A stretch of 49,757 bases of DNA. Source: Octopus bimaculoides. Lineage: Eukaryota. Position numbers and translations under genes: made by a program. The notes under the pieces are model-generated. The model did no database searches, was not told where the DNA came from, and worked only from the letters and a program-made list of their open reading frames with translations. The DNA lies in contig NC_068982.1 of assembly GCF_001194135.2 (NCBI RefSeq), positions 158,352,815 through 158,402,571 on the forward strand, in the 5' to 3' direction. Numbering within the stretch: the stretch's first letter is position 1; each line of letters opens with the position of its first letter. This document shows, one piece after another, positions 13,372-26,304 of this stretch.

Positions 13372-16300
13372 CGAACATGCATCTTGGATCACAGTATCTT
13401 TCCAGTATATGTCAAAATTACGAAGACGTGCAGGAATATAAATGCATAAAGTCACGTTTGAATGCATACACATGACCAATAACCTCATTAAAAACTTTTG
13501 AAGAAAAGTATATTTCTGGCTAACCGGCATAGGTATATAATCCTGACTATAGTATTGTATATATTAAACCTATATTTTTGAAGTGATCAAAACTAATTAC
13601 TGCTGAGGTGATCTCGAAAACGTACATATTACGGTGCTCTAACTCTAAAGAATGAATATGGTGTCAATATTATTGATGATGAAGACAATGTACAAATGAT
13701 GATGATATGGGAGAAAATGAAGATACTACTAGCGATTCTGATGTCGATTAATATATCCCCATCATCATCATCATCTTCATCGCCGCCACCACCACCAAGA
13801 ACAACTTTATTATCATTGTCGTCATCGATGTTGTAGTTGAAACATTGATGGAACTGGAGTAAACAATCACTGGGGTATCATAATACCATTATATATCCTA
13901 AAGCGAAAATGTGTATGCAAAAGTAATACATCAAAGAATTGAAATGCACGAACAAATGAGATATTGTTCGACATGTTATATTTCAATTTTATTGTTTGTT
14001 TAAAACCAGTGGATGCCGGATATGAGTTATTATATTTGTAGAGACAATATATTCTAACACATGTTAAACTTTATATGTATTAAAGCAAATATGTTTACTC
14101 ATTACTTATATCCATTGGGTTTTGATACATTATAAGTGTTAATTAAACTAATTATATCATGATGCACGCATAGGTCCGGGTTTACGATTTTCCTTTTTAA
14201 AATCCCCGTATTTCTTGGATTGATTCACATACACAGGACCTTAGGCAATAAGTCTTTATTACAGCTTCGGATTAACTAATAGTTTGTGAGTGGATTCTGA
14301 AGATGGAAACTTTGTAAAATTTGTTATATCGTAACCTGGTTTAACTCATGTATTCCTTCTTTGGCGGCATTCGGTGGATCCCATTCTCCGTAGGCATTTG
14401 TCCACAATGCCGGCGCAGAAGTAAACTTTTATCTTTACGCCCACCAATTCCATTGGTTGTAAAAAGATTTCGCTGCATCTTTTAATAGTACTAAGCAATT
14501 AAATATATGTTAACATAATGAATGATGGCAGAGAGAGAGAGAGAAAGGATGTCAGTCTCATTTGAATACTAATTGTAAATGAAGTCCATTAATACAAAAC
14601 TCCACTTTCTACCGAAGCCATAACACACAATTACCATGTCTACGAACATTTTTTATAACATCCGAAGTAATGTTTTCCATGAGGAATTCTTCAATATCTA
14701 AATATACCCCTTTTTATATGTTGCCAGTTATATCTTACGCTAGTAATCATAAATGAAAGGGAAAACAGAAGGTCGAATAATGGCGGTATATGAGAAGTAT
14801 TTACGAAGAAACATGACCAGAATATATACTTCATGAAATTATTAAACCTGAATAGCAAATGAGTTGACTATTTCATAAGACAATTAGTTGCATTCATTTC
14901 CATATCCTAAATTGTCCGCTTAAGGCTACAGAAGAACAGCCAAGTTGGCAATAAAACTTCCTTGGATTGTACGTGAAACAATGAAGGCTTTGCAGCTGAA
15001 GCATATTACAAGAATACAAAACAAATATTTTTTGCATAGCATACATACTATAAATATCTAACAGGAAAATACAAGTTTATGCAAATATAAGGAACGAATC
15101 GCCTTGCTCTCACAATGAAGGATACGATATTCAAATGTATTGTATATATTGATGTAGCTTCTCCAAATAACAATATAATTACAGTATAGGCGATATAAAC
15201 GTTTGTACATATATAGATTCAGAAACGAAAAAAAATCAAATGGGAAGGACATAGACATACAAGACTGCTTGTAATACAAGAACATTGAAAAAAAGAAACG
15301 TAATTGGAGGGGACAATAGAATCGTCAAATAGAAAAATCATCACACATATATAAGTTTTCTCTCACTCTTCCTCTCTCTCCTACTTTCTCTCTCCTTTCT
15401 CTCTCTCCTACTTTCTCTCTCTCTTTCTCTCGCACACACGCACGCATGCATTTATTAACGCGCACATACAGATATATTTTTGACTCTATAATCGTTGATC
15501 CATACTCATACACTGCGAAGCATACGAGTCAAATACAAAGGTAACATGTAGAAGTGCAAATATAACATAACTCAAATTTATAGAAATATTTCGTTAGAAT
15601 ATATATCATTGAATTGATAATACGTTACAAAATGATGTACCTGGATTCTACACTGTTCCTTAAGCATAAATTCTCCTTGAGGAAGATAAATTACACTCTT
15701 TATTGACAATGTAGATTAAGAGTCTTTATAATCAATATACTTATTAAAAAAAATTAACATCAAAGCATATCAATACCAAGTTTTGTGAGGAATTTAAATT
15801 ATAATTTATACACTTTCATAGGCATAGCAATAAAGACAATGCAATCTGATATAAGAATTATATCGTTACAAAACAAAAATTGTCAATATGAATTATACGT
15901 TTGAAGAGCAATTAAATACGATAGATGTTCGATATAGATAGTAAGTATTGGATCCCAGAAGACAGAAGATAACCCATCCAAGAAAATAAAAATCCATTCA
16001 TAGCCAATCAACTTTCAATATTGCTAAAAATCAATGGCTTAAAATGTATATATAAAGATATCAGTCTTAAATAAAAACTTAAAAGCCTAAAATATTCAGG
16101 TAAAAAGTTTCTCTCCAAATTACACCTTTGAAAACAGTGCAATAAACGGTAACAATGTTAGAGGTCGATAATAAACACATTTAAGAAAAGAATATTTGAA
16201 AAAATACCATACGAATGCTGTAGAGTAAAGTGCTCTATGCACAATTGACCAGTTCTTCGTTAATGGTTAATACTCAATGTTAAATTACACGCACGATAAT

Positions 16301-16604
16301 CGGTGATGTCTCTGAATCGATGCAAAAATGCAAGTAAATCTCCCCTGCATCACTGGGTAATCAGTATTGCCGAAATGAACAAATGTCAAGCTCCCGACAA
16401 AACTATTTGCATTTGGTTGTTGATTATTATCGTTCAAAATGTAGCCAATTTATTGTCACGGGAACAGCATAATTCTAACTAGTAATTAAACGTGATATTT
16501 AATTATTGAAATTTAAGTGCAGCAGCAGTAATATGCATAATGGCAGCTTCATTTTTCGTGTCAACCACCGTTATCAAACATAAAGGGGCATTCATTTGAT
16601 TCAT

Positions 16605-17119
16605 GGCGGAACTCTGGTTTAAGCAGTCATATAGCCCCTCATAACTTTTTTTACTTTTTTGAATTTACAGAAAATCTTTGGGTATTCTATGCGCGGGAAT
16701 TAATTCGACTATGCAAAGCAAATTTTATGTGTGTTTTAAAGGTGATTTAGCTGTTGGTTTTAGCATATATCATGGCCACCTGAGAACTTCCTCTTGTCAT
16801 TCTGACATGTATTGATGATTTTTTTTTCGCTCTCCATGATCCATTTAATTGAATGACGATGCACCCGAGAGTGGTCCGTTGCTGGTATTGAAGCAAAAAA
16901 AAAAAAAAAATCGGACAATTCTCACTTTTAAACGCTGATTATAAAAACTTTCCAAAAGAGTGGAACTTTTAGGATTTATGGGGGAAGAAGAGCTTAAAAA
17001 AATTAAACATTTTTTGTTAATCGTATGAATTTGTGTGTGTAAAACACAAATTCGCAAACATTTTCCGTAAATAAAAAGTTATAAAAGGTTATATCGGGTG
17101 TTTAAACCAAAATTCCACC
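16605..17119. mobile_element. Non-autonomous foldback/MITE-like element with long imperfect TIRs
   Basis: Left ggcggaactctggtttaagcagtcatatagcccctcataactttttt aligns with the reverse complement of the right end (ggtggaattttggtttaaacacccgatataaccttttataacttttt). Confidence 0.65.
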
Positions 17120-17844
17120 TGATTACCAGCTTGTGGGACGACAATGTCCTGCGATAATGAGTTTACAGGAGCAGAAACATCCGCAATACACGAAATAACG
17201 ATCCCTACCGTATCCTTAGGAAAAAAATATACCCAATATCTGAAATGTTGTATACGTGGAGAAATTTTTGAAACATTACTCTGCGATATATCTTGATGTT
17301 TTACATGAGTCCGTTCCAATAAAATATAACTGGGAATGCAACAGTTTAGCTGATCTACTTTGTGTTAAATAAACGCAATTCGTCATGACTTAGAAAATGA
17401 CAGTAGCATAATACTGTCATAATACAACATAATATTAACAGCAACTACAAAATGAAGAAGTGCAATATAATGAGAAAGAAAATGCGTGTGTTAATGGCGA
17501 TGGTGAATTTAGTGATCATGTTGACGATGCCAACTAGGATGATAATAATGGATGTCAAGGGGAAAGCTGATAAGGTTGATTACAGTAAGGATGACCTTCG
17601 TAAGAATTGAAAACAAAATAAAAAAAAATATAAGATTTCCTGACGAATGATCAGAGGAAACAATAACTATGTAACGAAAGAGAAGGAGGAATGGAATGTG
17701 AAAGAATGAGTACAAAGGGATGAATAAGAGAGATAGCAAATCTAAGAGGGAGAGAGAGAGAGAGAGAGAAGTTGAGATAGTGACAAAGAGTTTTGAAAAA
17801 TACTATACATACATACATACATACATACGTACATACATACATAC

Positions 17845-17917
<73 letters not shown>

Positions 17918-19001
17918 NNNNNNNNNNNNNNNNNNNNNNNNNNNNNNNNNNNNNNNNNNNNNNNNNNNNNNNNNNNNNNNNNNNNNNNNNNNNNNNNNNN
18001 NNNNNNNNNNNNNNNNNNNNNNNNNNNNNNNNNNNNNNNNNNNNNNNNNNNNNNNNNNNNNNNNNNNNNNNNNNNNNNNNNNNNNNNNNNNNNNNNNNNN
18101 NNNNNNNNNNNNNNNNNNTATATATACATACATACATACATATATACAGAGAGAGACAAAGAGAGAGGGAGAGAGAGAGAATGCATACGAAGATAACGTG
18201 TTTTCAAATAAGAAATCCTCATTTGTCTTGGGTGTCAACATTGCAAATTGGCACACGCAAAATTAGAAATGAATACGGGCGAAGTAGAAAAATATATATT
18301 GCAAGTGGAACAGAAAATGCGGATCCAATTATATAATATGCAGTAGACTTACCAAGAGGAAATTGGTATTGAAAATGAAGGTGCTGAATTCTTGTTGAGA
18401 GTGATATAACACACTTTGAACATATAACAACGGTAGATACAGCATGCGACAAAATTCGACATTTAGTGAGCAAAGGACTAGTTTGTAGGTCAGAGACTGT
18501 ATCTCTGAGAAATGTGTGGATCTTAATATCAAAAAACAACAATACACCTTTGAAAATATATGTCGTAGTAACAGTTTCAATGCCTGTGCTCAGGACTCCA
18601 AACGATTACACACCCGAGATAAAAAAGAAAGCACACCCTGCAGTCATATAGAGCATTGCTACGATATGTTTAAGATCTAAATATCCCAAATATCTACATA
18701 AAACTGAACATAATATGAGTATAGTTTTGTATCAACCCCTGATTCACAAAAAGAAAATTTCTACCAACCCTTCTCAGTCTATCGTTAACTCTATATTCCT
18801 CTAAAACACAACTCGCCAACAAATATATCAAGCCAAAAAAGGAGACACATAGAAACAGAATGTAAGAAATGTATATACATATGTATATATATATATATAT
18901 ATATATATNNNNNNNNNNNNNNNNNNNNNNNNNNNNNNNNNNNNNNNNNNNNNNNNNNNNNNNNNNNNNNNNNNNNNNNNNNNNNNNNNNNNTATATATA
19001 T

Positions 19002-19815
19002 AAACTTAGATATGTTTCGACCTAAGATAGGTCCAGGCCATGTCTAACTTAATAGTACCACCTGATAGGATTATCTAAATCCTTTTTAATTCAAGTTTTG
19101 TGGTATCATGGTCCATTCAATTTGGGAGTTCTTGTTGAGTGGGTTGTATCCAAGTATAGGTGGCTTATCTAGTATTTCTTGAACAAAGTTGTCCAGATAG
19201 CGTTTCAAGGTGATGGGATTCCTTTCTTCTTTGATCAGTTTTATGACAATGTTAAATAGGGCAGGGCTTGTTGAGGAAAATAAATTGTGTCGCTGTGTAC
19301 CCATATGTTATGATCCTGAATTGGGCGGGGGACGTATCGCTCGTGGTCCTAGCCTTGGATGAAATTTGAAGCTAATGTCCCGGTCGTTTGTGCAATGCTG
19401 GCAGTATATTCTCCACATCGAAGAAATGATGTACTGCTCGCAGCGGTATTGGAGAAAGAAGAGTTTCAAGGTTTTAAGGCGGTCCCACTAATCGAGATTA
19501 GTCATGCCCTTAATTCGTTTAGTAAATGCCCTCTAGGGTGATTCAATTTTGAAGTTGTTTTGTTTTGTATGGGGAGACCGCAGGGGGCAGCAGTATTCGA
19601 GTTGTGGCCGTACAAAGGAGGAGAAAAGTGGAGTGATGACATCTTGTTCTCTGGATAGGAAGTTTCGTAAGGTCCAGGAGCTAATTCTACGAACTATTTT
19701 GGCATTATTGTTGATGTGGGCACTCCAATTGAGATTGTTATCAACCATTACTCCTAGGTCTCTGATATTATTAGATGCTGTGGGCGGTTCCTCTGAAGGA
19801 AGAGATTTTGGCTGT
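19002..19815 (-). mobile_element. CR1/L2-type LINE, 5'-truncated 3' end
   Basis: RDLGVMVDNNLNWSAHI..RPQLEYCCPLRSPH..LDNFVQEILDKP; terminal hairpin GACCTA-tct-TAGGTC followed by (TA)n. Confidence 0.85.
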
Positions 19816-19823
19816 TTTAGTAT

Positions 19824-19943
19824 AGCCATTCCTGCGGCACATATGATTCATTCCAAAGTTGAGTTGTCAGGCTATGAATTTCGGATGAAATATGATCACC
19901 AGCTTTCAGAATTTCAACTGGAATACCATCCAATCCAGGAGCT
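19824..19943 (-). mobile_element. RTE-type LINE RT N-terminal fragment
   Basis: APGLDGIPVEILKAGDHISSEIHSLTTQLWNESYVPQEW. Confidence 0.7.
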
Positions 19944-21289
19944 AAGTATAAGTGTGCATGTGAATATGTATGCGTATATACATATATATATGCGTGAGTG
20001 TGTGTATGTGCGTAGGTGTGTGTATTTGAATGCATGTATGTGCAACGGACGTTTATGTAAGAGCTTTGCATTTGTAGCATAATGGCACCACATTTCTGAT
20101 AAACTTTAATTCTGTAGAAAACAGTATCGTGCAAGTAAATATCTTAAAATCTAACTCATAATCTTCCAGATAGCAATAAAAATGTTAAACAACATAAAAC
20201 GTAAATCCTATTTTCATAATCGTTTCGCACATTGGGTTGAAACGTCTAGCCTCTATGAGGTTTTTGCTGATGTTGTTGAGGTTTATAAAGATATACCAGT
20301 TCAAGATCGTTAGCATCAGGTCACTTTCTGTTGTTTGAAAGTGAAGGAAGGAAACATGAAAGATGGATTTTGACTAAACAAATCAAGAGAAAAGTACATA
20401 TAATTACACCGTTTAAATAAGCCCCCCGTCATAGATGAAAACCATTGCTAGCGTGTACACCTGGTTGTGTTATATTCAGAATAATGTAGAATATTCTTTC
20501 TACCTCTAAACTGAATTCTCTCCCGGCTCACTGGCTTATATAACGCATACTTATTGTATATCATTCATTATAATTATCATTTAAATTACAATTTTTTCGG
20601 ATCAAGATCATAGGACTAAATTTGAACTATGGGTGTTATTAATTGAAATGGCGGTAGATGGCAGATAATAGTAGATAGACGGATAATAAATATCAGCAGT
20701 GTTTAGTTAAGCACCTCCAAGTTTTGTGCTCAATCTACCCTTTGACCTGTTTCACCCTTCCAGAAACAATAAAGTAAGAGCCATGGGCCAGGCAAGTCTT
20801 CAGGTCGACTGAATCGTCTACACCCATTCCATAGAATGTATAACCTTGTGACACTTGTGATTATGTTGGAAATCAATATTATTATGCATTTCAACTTGTG
20901 TATCCTGTGTCCGACGTTCGTACAAGAGTAAATTGTTAAAAATCAATTTTCGTTATTGCTACACTCCATCTTCTAACTGCGTTTGTGCGCGCGCTTGTTT
21001 ATATGTGCAAGAGAGAGAGAGAGACAGAGAGAGAGATAGAGAGAAGGAAAGAGAGAGATAGAGAGAGAGAAAGAGAAAATGAGAGGGAGTGATAGAGAGA
21101 GGGGGAGAAAGAGATAGAAATAGAAAGGTGAAAAGCAGAGGAGTGAGAGACGAAGAGATCACGTGTATGGCTGTGCATGCAATGTTATTGATCAATGGGG
21201 CTGATATGCTAATTGCGGAATATATTTCTTTATTTTAGACTAGTTATGTTTTCCTCTTACACACTGAATTTTTTTTAATATGAGCTTTC

Positions 21290-21730
21290 TTTTCTGGAGA
21301 ACAATTATTTGCTATTCCTGATTTATGGTGTATCTTAGTAGTGTGCTTATATCTGGTAAATATTCTTTATTTCCTTACTCCTGAAGACCATAGCAGAAGT
21401 ATTGCCACATCTTTATATTAACATCTCTGTAATAACTCTGTGTCTCAGTATGTTTCTTGTTTCCAAGATTCATATCCTACCATGAATTTTCTACGTAGAA
21501 CGGGTAAATAATTTTAGACTCCATGTGGGCTTCCGTAGTTACGTCCTTCAATGTTTATTCTTCATCATTCTCTGCAATATGCTCAAGGTTATGGTACAGC
21601 CATTAGTTTATATATACTTATGAAGCCCAAGAAAGTTTCAGAAGCACGCGCATTATTTTTCTGGCTTTGATCAGTTGTTATAGTTTCAATTGAATAGCAT
21701 AAAACAATCACTGACTTAACAGAGTTCTGG
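21290..21730 (-). mobile_element. Highly degraded RTE-type LINE C-terminal remnant
   Basis: SVKSVIVLCYSIETITTD...VAILLLWSSGVRK resembles RTE VLLYxxETWT...LLW motifs; many stops. Confidence 0.45.
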
Positions 21731-21743
21731 TTTGAGGGGTTGC

Positions 21744-21775
<32 letters not shown>

Positions 21776-21789
21776 NNNNNNNNNNTATA

Positions 21790-21820
<31 letters not shown>

Positions 21821-22234
21821 ATATACATCTCTCTCTCTCTTCTCAACACATGTAATATGTATGTACATATGGGTATGTTTGTACGTAAATATATACGTAT
21901 GTATATATGTGTATGTATGTATATGCATGTATATTTATGTATTCCCCATTTATATACCTTTTCATTCCTACATAACTACAATAATCTTAAGCTATATTGT
22001 TTTTATATTCCACCATTATTTCTCTTTTGATAACTCTTTCCTTCCTCTGTTTATACTTTATCTAATAAGAATAATATAATACACCTAATAATAATAATAA
22101 TTGATTCCTTGGTATGCATATACATATACATATGAATATAAAAATATAGAAATATATGTACATGCGTTTATGTATGTTTATGTGTACGTGTGCATATGTA
22201 CAAGTGTGTATATATATATATGTATTTTTATTTA

Positions 22235-22440
22235 TAACTTAACCTTATGAACTTTTTAAACTCTCTGACGAAGCCCAGAGATACAACCAAGTACCTACAT
22301 TTTATCTACCAAATACTTCAGTTCACCGACGGGATATAAATAGATTGGGGTACTTTGGCCTCCTGGCTGAAACAGCTGCAAGTTATTATCCTATCTGTTG
22401 TGATCTACGTTATACATTTTAATAATTACTGGTATTTTTA
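22235..22440 (+). mobile_element. Penelope-like terminal-repeat remnant with hammerhead-ribozyme-like motif (22258-22385)
   Basis: CTGACGA (22265-22271), long helix II, GAAA (22369-22372), palindromic CAGCTG helix III; lies between TA-rich tracts. Confidence 0.6.
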
Positions 22441-22579
22441 TATATAGTATATGTAAAGTATATTATGCTATACATGTATGTATATTTTTATAATGTTTTT
22501 TTAAAAATAAATAGACGTAATATAATGTCTAAAAGTTGATCAATACCACCTCTTGATCCCCTCCATTTTTGATTGCTGC

Positions 22580-22611
<32 letters not shown>

Positions 22612-22644
22612 TTATACAAATAAATAAATAAATAAATAAATAAA

Positions 22645-23040
22645 ATGCTCTCCATAGGAGTAGCAAGGTAAAATATTTTTGGTTCTGAATGATCTAAGGA
22701 TCCATTTACCTACTCGCCTGCAGGGTGTTGCCATCCTGGCAAAACGCACATGAAATGTTTAATGACTATTCATGTGGATTCCCAGGTCATACATAAATTC
22801 TAACTCTGGGCTTGCACTTCCCCCTGGTCCTATGTATTCCGACTGTAGTCTGTTTGTGGCCGATAACAAATTGCTTGAAACTTATCAGCATTGAACTGCA
22901 TGTTATTTTCATCAGCCCATTTATATATTACAGGTAGGTAATTTTGCAGTTTCCTTGACCGCGTAAAACACTTTTGTATCATCAGCGTAGCCGGTGAGAG
23001 CGGTTGACTACAACTGCCGTCAGTCGTACGGTCAGCCGCT
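22645..23040 (-). mobile_element. CR1/L2-type LINE RT fragment
   Basis: YADDT-like motif (gctacgctgatgatacaaaa), LQNYLPVIYKWADENNMQFNADKFQ, WILRSFRT. Confidence 0.8.
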
Positions 23041-23057
23041 CTCATAGAAAGTTATAA

Positions 23058-23270
23058 GGCGGCGAGCTGGCAGAAACGTTAGCATGCCGGGCGAAATGCT
23101 TAGTGGTATTTCGTCTGCCGTTACGTTCTGAGTTCAAATTTCACGAGGTCGACTATGCCTTTCATCCTTAAGTACCAGTTGTGTACTGGGGTCATGTAAT
23201 CGACTTAATCCCTTTGTATGTCCTTGTTTGTCCCCTCTATGTTTAGCCCCTTGTGGGCAATAAAGAAATA
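23058..23270 (+). mobile_element. SINE family A with target-site duplication
   Basis: agaaagttataa at 23046-23057 and again at 23271-23282. Confidence 0.9.
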
Positions 23271-23373
23271 AGAAAGTTATAAGGTTCTCTTATATCGATG
23301 TTCGATAAACTGAAAAAAAAGTTATTTTATAGTTTACGATTAACAACTAAGGTTGATATGTATGCGAATAAAA

Positions 23374-23610
23374 ATCCAAATTGTAGGAGTGGGGCAGGTA
23401 AAATCCAGGCTACATATGCTTGATCAAATCAGTTGCCAGTTAACTTGTGATCCCCCGACGACAATGTAACCTTCATTCAGCTAAGGTCACTTCGGTCTGA
23501 TGAGTAGCTAGTGGAGTAACCCTCCTTGAGTGATTATTACTTTCGAGGTACTGCTAACTAGGAATCATATGTAGCCTGGACTTCACTTGCTCTATTCCCC
23601 CAATTTGAAT
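23374..23610. mobile_element. MITE-like element with ~50-bp imperfect TIRs
   Basis: Perfect inverted core ccaggctacatatg (23405-23418) / catatgtagcctgg (23566-23579); similarity extends outward to atccaaattg / caatttgaat. Confidence 0.7.
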
Positions 23611-23626
23611 ATATATATGTGTGTGT

Positions 23627-23664
<38 letters not shown>

Positions 23665-24229
23665 TTGCGCATGCGCGTGTATAATACAAGTGTATAGGAG
23701 TATTTGCCGGGTTTCGTGATGGTGGTGGGGCTGTCACTCTAACTTCCGCCGGTCTTTCTAAAAGAATGAGATCGATGATATGAATATTGTTCTTGAATCA
23801 TGGCAAGTAAAACTATGCGTGTTAAGTCAAAGGAAAAGAAAAGACGTGTGCATCCTCGCATTTTTTGAAGAAGAATTTAGCGTAGTGATTAAACTTTTGC
23901 CTGAATATTGTTGTACAACCAAGATAGGGAGATATGGTAAGTTTAGTCGGTTGCACATGCTTGTGTAAAATCGGCATGAACGGAAAGAGATCCCATGATC
24001 AGAGGCCTTTATCAGTCCGACAAAGTGATTACACCTTGAACAAGAAAGAATCAGGGCACAGTGTGTCTGTGATCCAGATGCTAGAGCATATCTGTGAGAG
24101 TTTATTTCTTATATGTAATCAGCTGACATTGCTCTGTAATGATTGGCGATATTATACGTCCACAAATTATGGAATTATCGATTTTGTGTTTTTTTATTTT
24201 CTTTCTTAATTAGTTGCGTTTCGTCATAA

Positions 24230-25600
24230 TTAGATAGCTATAGTATTCATTAGTGCACGGAGAGTTCATATGCTTTGTTCGTCATTTGATTTTATCCTTT
24301 TAGTTATTTTTCAGATGATATATTTTCAATTTCTGTTTTAATCTATCTACTTTCTTACTAGAATATTCTGAATATTCTGCATAATTCTTCCCTAGAAGTT
24401 CTTTATATTTTCCCGAAGCATAGCAATTTATAAAAATTGATTGTGTTTCTACTTGAATCGACTTATCAACCGGTCTTCTTCTACAATTAGTTATATTAGC
24501 TGATCCTAATTTCCGGTATTTTCAGTTTTACGATTCTTAGTCACTTTGTATCTTTCTTAATGTTAATTGGTTATATCGATTTTATAATTGTTGATAATAT
24601 TGATTTCTACTATTGACACAGGGACAGGCATTTTTGAAGAGATATAGTCGATTAACTCAACAGCGTTATAATATTTGTATTTATTTTATCGAATCCGGAA
24701 GATTGAAAACAATGTTGACCTTGGCAGCAGTTACAACTTAAAACGTATGAGTGCATGCCTAATTTAAAAAAAAAATCGTTCTATTCATGATTATTATTAT
24801 TATTATTAGTAGTAGTAGTAGTAGTATTTTGTTCTTGGAAACTTTTCAACTGATTCTTCAAACCATCATTCTATGTTGTTCAAATAAAATTGATGATGGA
24901 CATTTTCTGTTGTAGCAAATGTATTTGAGTAACGTTCTGTTGTACTAAATATGTTCATTATATTTGCAATGAACTATTTGTTTATTCTAGTCTCCTTCTA
25001 TAAATAAGCAACCTTATACAAAGTATATATATATCATAATTCGAAATCTCTAAGTATAATGCAATTCACTATTTAGATAGCTTTTAGCTTCGCAAACATC
25101 TGTCATAACCAATTTCTGAATGTTCATTATTAATTTTTCAAATTTCAAAATATTTCTTCAATTTCTCTATGTATATCATATGATATATTTTGTAAGTTAT
25201 ACGTGATGCTCTAATATATAGATATATGTATATATGTGATACACGTGTAGGTGGGTGCGTATGTGTTAGGATCGTTGTATATTCTTCTTAGAGAACTGCT
25301 TTCATTACATTGCAAGTACCGTTAATTGTTTTATTCAGGATATCATGTATGGAAGATAATAGACTCTGAGACTGAAATTCCGTTTATTTTTCTAAGTATT
25401 ATATCTCCATGCATTTGAGCGAATAATCCTAAACATTGCCAACCTGTCATTCAATTTATGATTTCTCCAGTTTCTCTAGCTATATTCTGTATTACGTTCA
25501 CCATGGGAAATAGATGAATTCTATACAAAAAATCTTAAAATATGACGGCTTTCAATACCTGTCTATTTTGTTTTGCTGGTATGAATTTCCTGATACTTTT
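24230..25600 (-). mobile_element. Highly degraded RTE-type LINE (endonuclease to RT region)
   Basis: Residual HGERNNR (EN-like) near 25500 and RT-like remnants near 24300-24550; many stops and frameshifts. Confidence 0.35.
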
Positions 25601-25704
25601 TACTAGAAGTTGCGTTCTATGATCATGCATCTCCATCAGCACTTACATTTGCATTCTATTAGCAATCATTGGTGTAATATTAACAACAATAATAATAATA
25701 ATAA

Positions 25705-26245
25705 ATGCCGTGATGCAATATCAGGCAGTGGTTCTCATGGCTTCTCATCTTAACTCATTGGAAGAATTAACGTGTACATGTTTTGTCTTGGTGTAAAAAG
25801 ATGGACTACAACAAATATGCTGCTCAATACCACAGATTTTCTTGTCAGTTGCTTGACCATAACCAGTTGAGCATGTCCTTCAGTGGATAACGATATGTGC
25901 ATTTCTGATTACGAGTAGGAGTAGTATGGGCGCATCATAACCCTGTGTTGAGAGGGATCCGATGTGATTTGAATAATTAACGCCTGGAAAAATTAGTATT
26001 TAGTTTATTTATACCTTAAGAAAACCCCTATAGAAGGACCTTTAGAGCGGGTTGCGCGATTCGACCCGAAGAAAATTCTAACTGGGCCCACCTGCAAGGC
26101 CGTGCGCAACTTATCTTGATATGACGTCACCGTGTCGCACATAATTGTTTGCGTTCCATGTTCCTGGTGCACCCATATCAGACGGGTATATTGGGCTTCG
26201 TATAATTGTAACGAAGCGTCACTTTTATTACATGCTGCTCTCACT
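25705..26245 (-). mobile_element. Non-autonomous retroposon-like repeat, family D (~540 bp)
   Basis: Reverse-complement similarity to 47455-47990 (tacgaagcccaatataccc, ttgcaggtgg..cagttagaatttt, caactggtta..gtcaagcaactgacaag). Confidence 0.75.
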
Positions 26246-26271
26246 AAATACTACTGCTGCTGCTGCTGCTG

Positions 26272-26304
<33 letters not shown>

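Noticed and set aside
6701-13530. Long ORFs of 190-295 aa at 6701-7360, 8337-9053 and 12643-13530 (also 17651-18266 and 35304-35881)
   Set aside because: They are open only because they run through N gaps and dinucleotide repeats.
14938-14958. Minus-strand SFIANLA, resembling iGluR M3 SYTANLAAF
   Set aside because: Followed by an in-frame stop after three more codons, the upstream residues do not match M2/M3, and there are no compatible splice sites.
18352-18640. Open frames ending at a strong minus-strand GTAAGT donor
   Set aside because: Neither frame resembles the expected next iGluR exon (IGTW..VTT) or any family I recognise.
19002-19050. Hairpin plus GAAAC at the 3' end of the CR1-like element
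   Set aside because: No CUGANGA upstream; this is an ordinary LINE 3' stem-loop.
20740-20810. Minus-strand CTGAAGA...GAAACAGGTC hammerhead-like string
   Set aside because: Helix II does not close, helix I does not pair after GUC and the palindrome is imperfect. At best a heavily decayed relic.
23497-23570. CTGATGA inside the 23374-23610 inverted repeat
   Set aside because: The partner reads GGAAT rather than GAAA and there is no GUH; the pairing is explained by TIRs.
23690-24200. Possible mariner N-terminal remnant (EEFSVVIKLL)
   Set aside because: Similarity is too short to call without a search.
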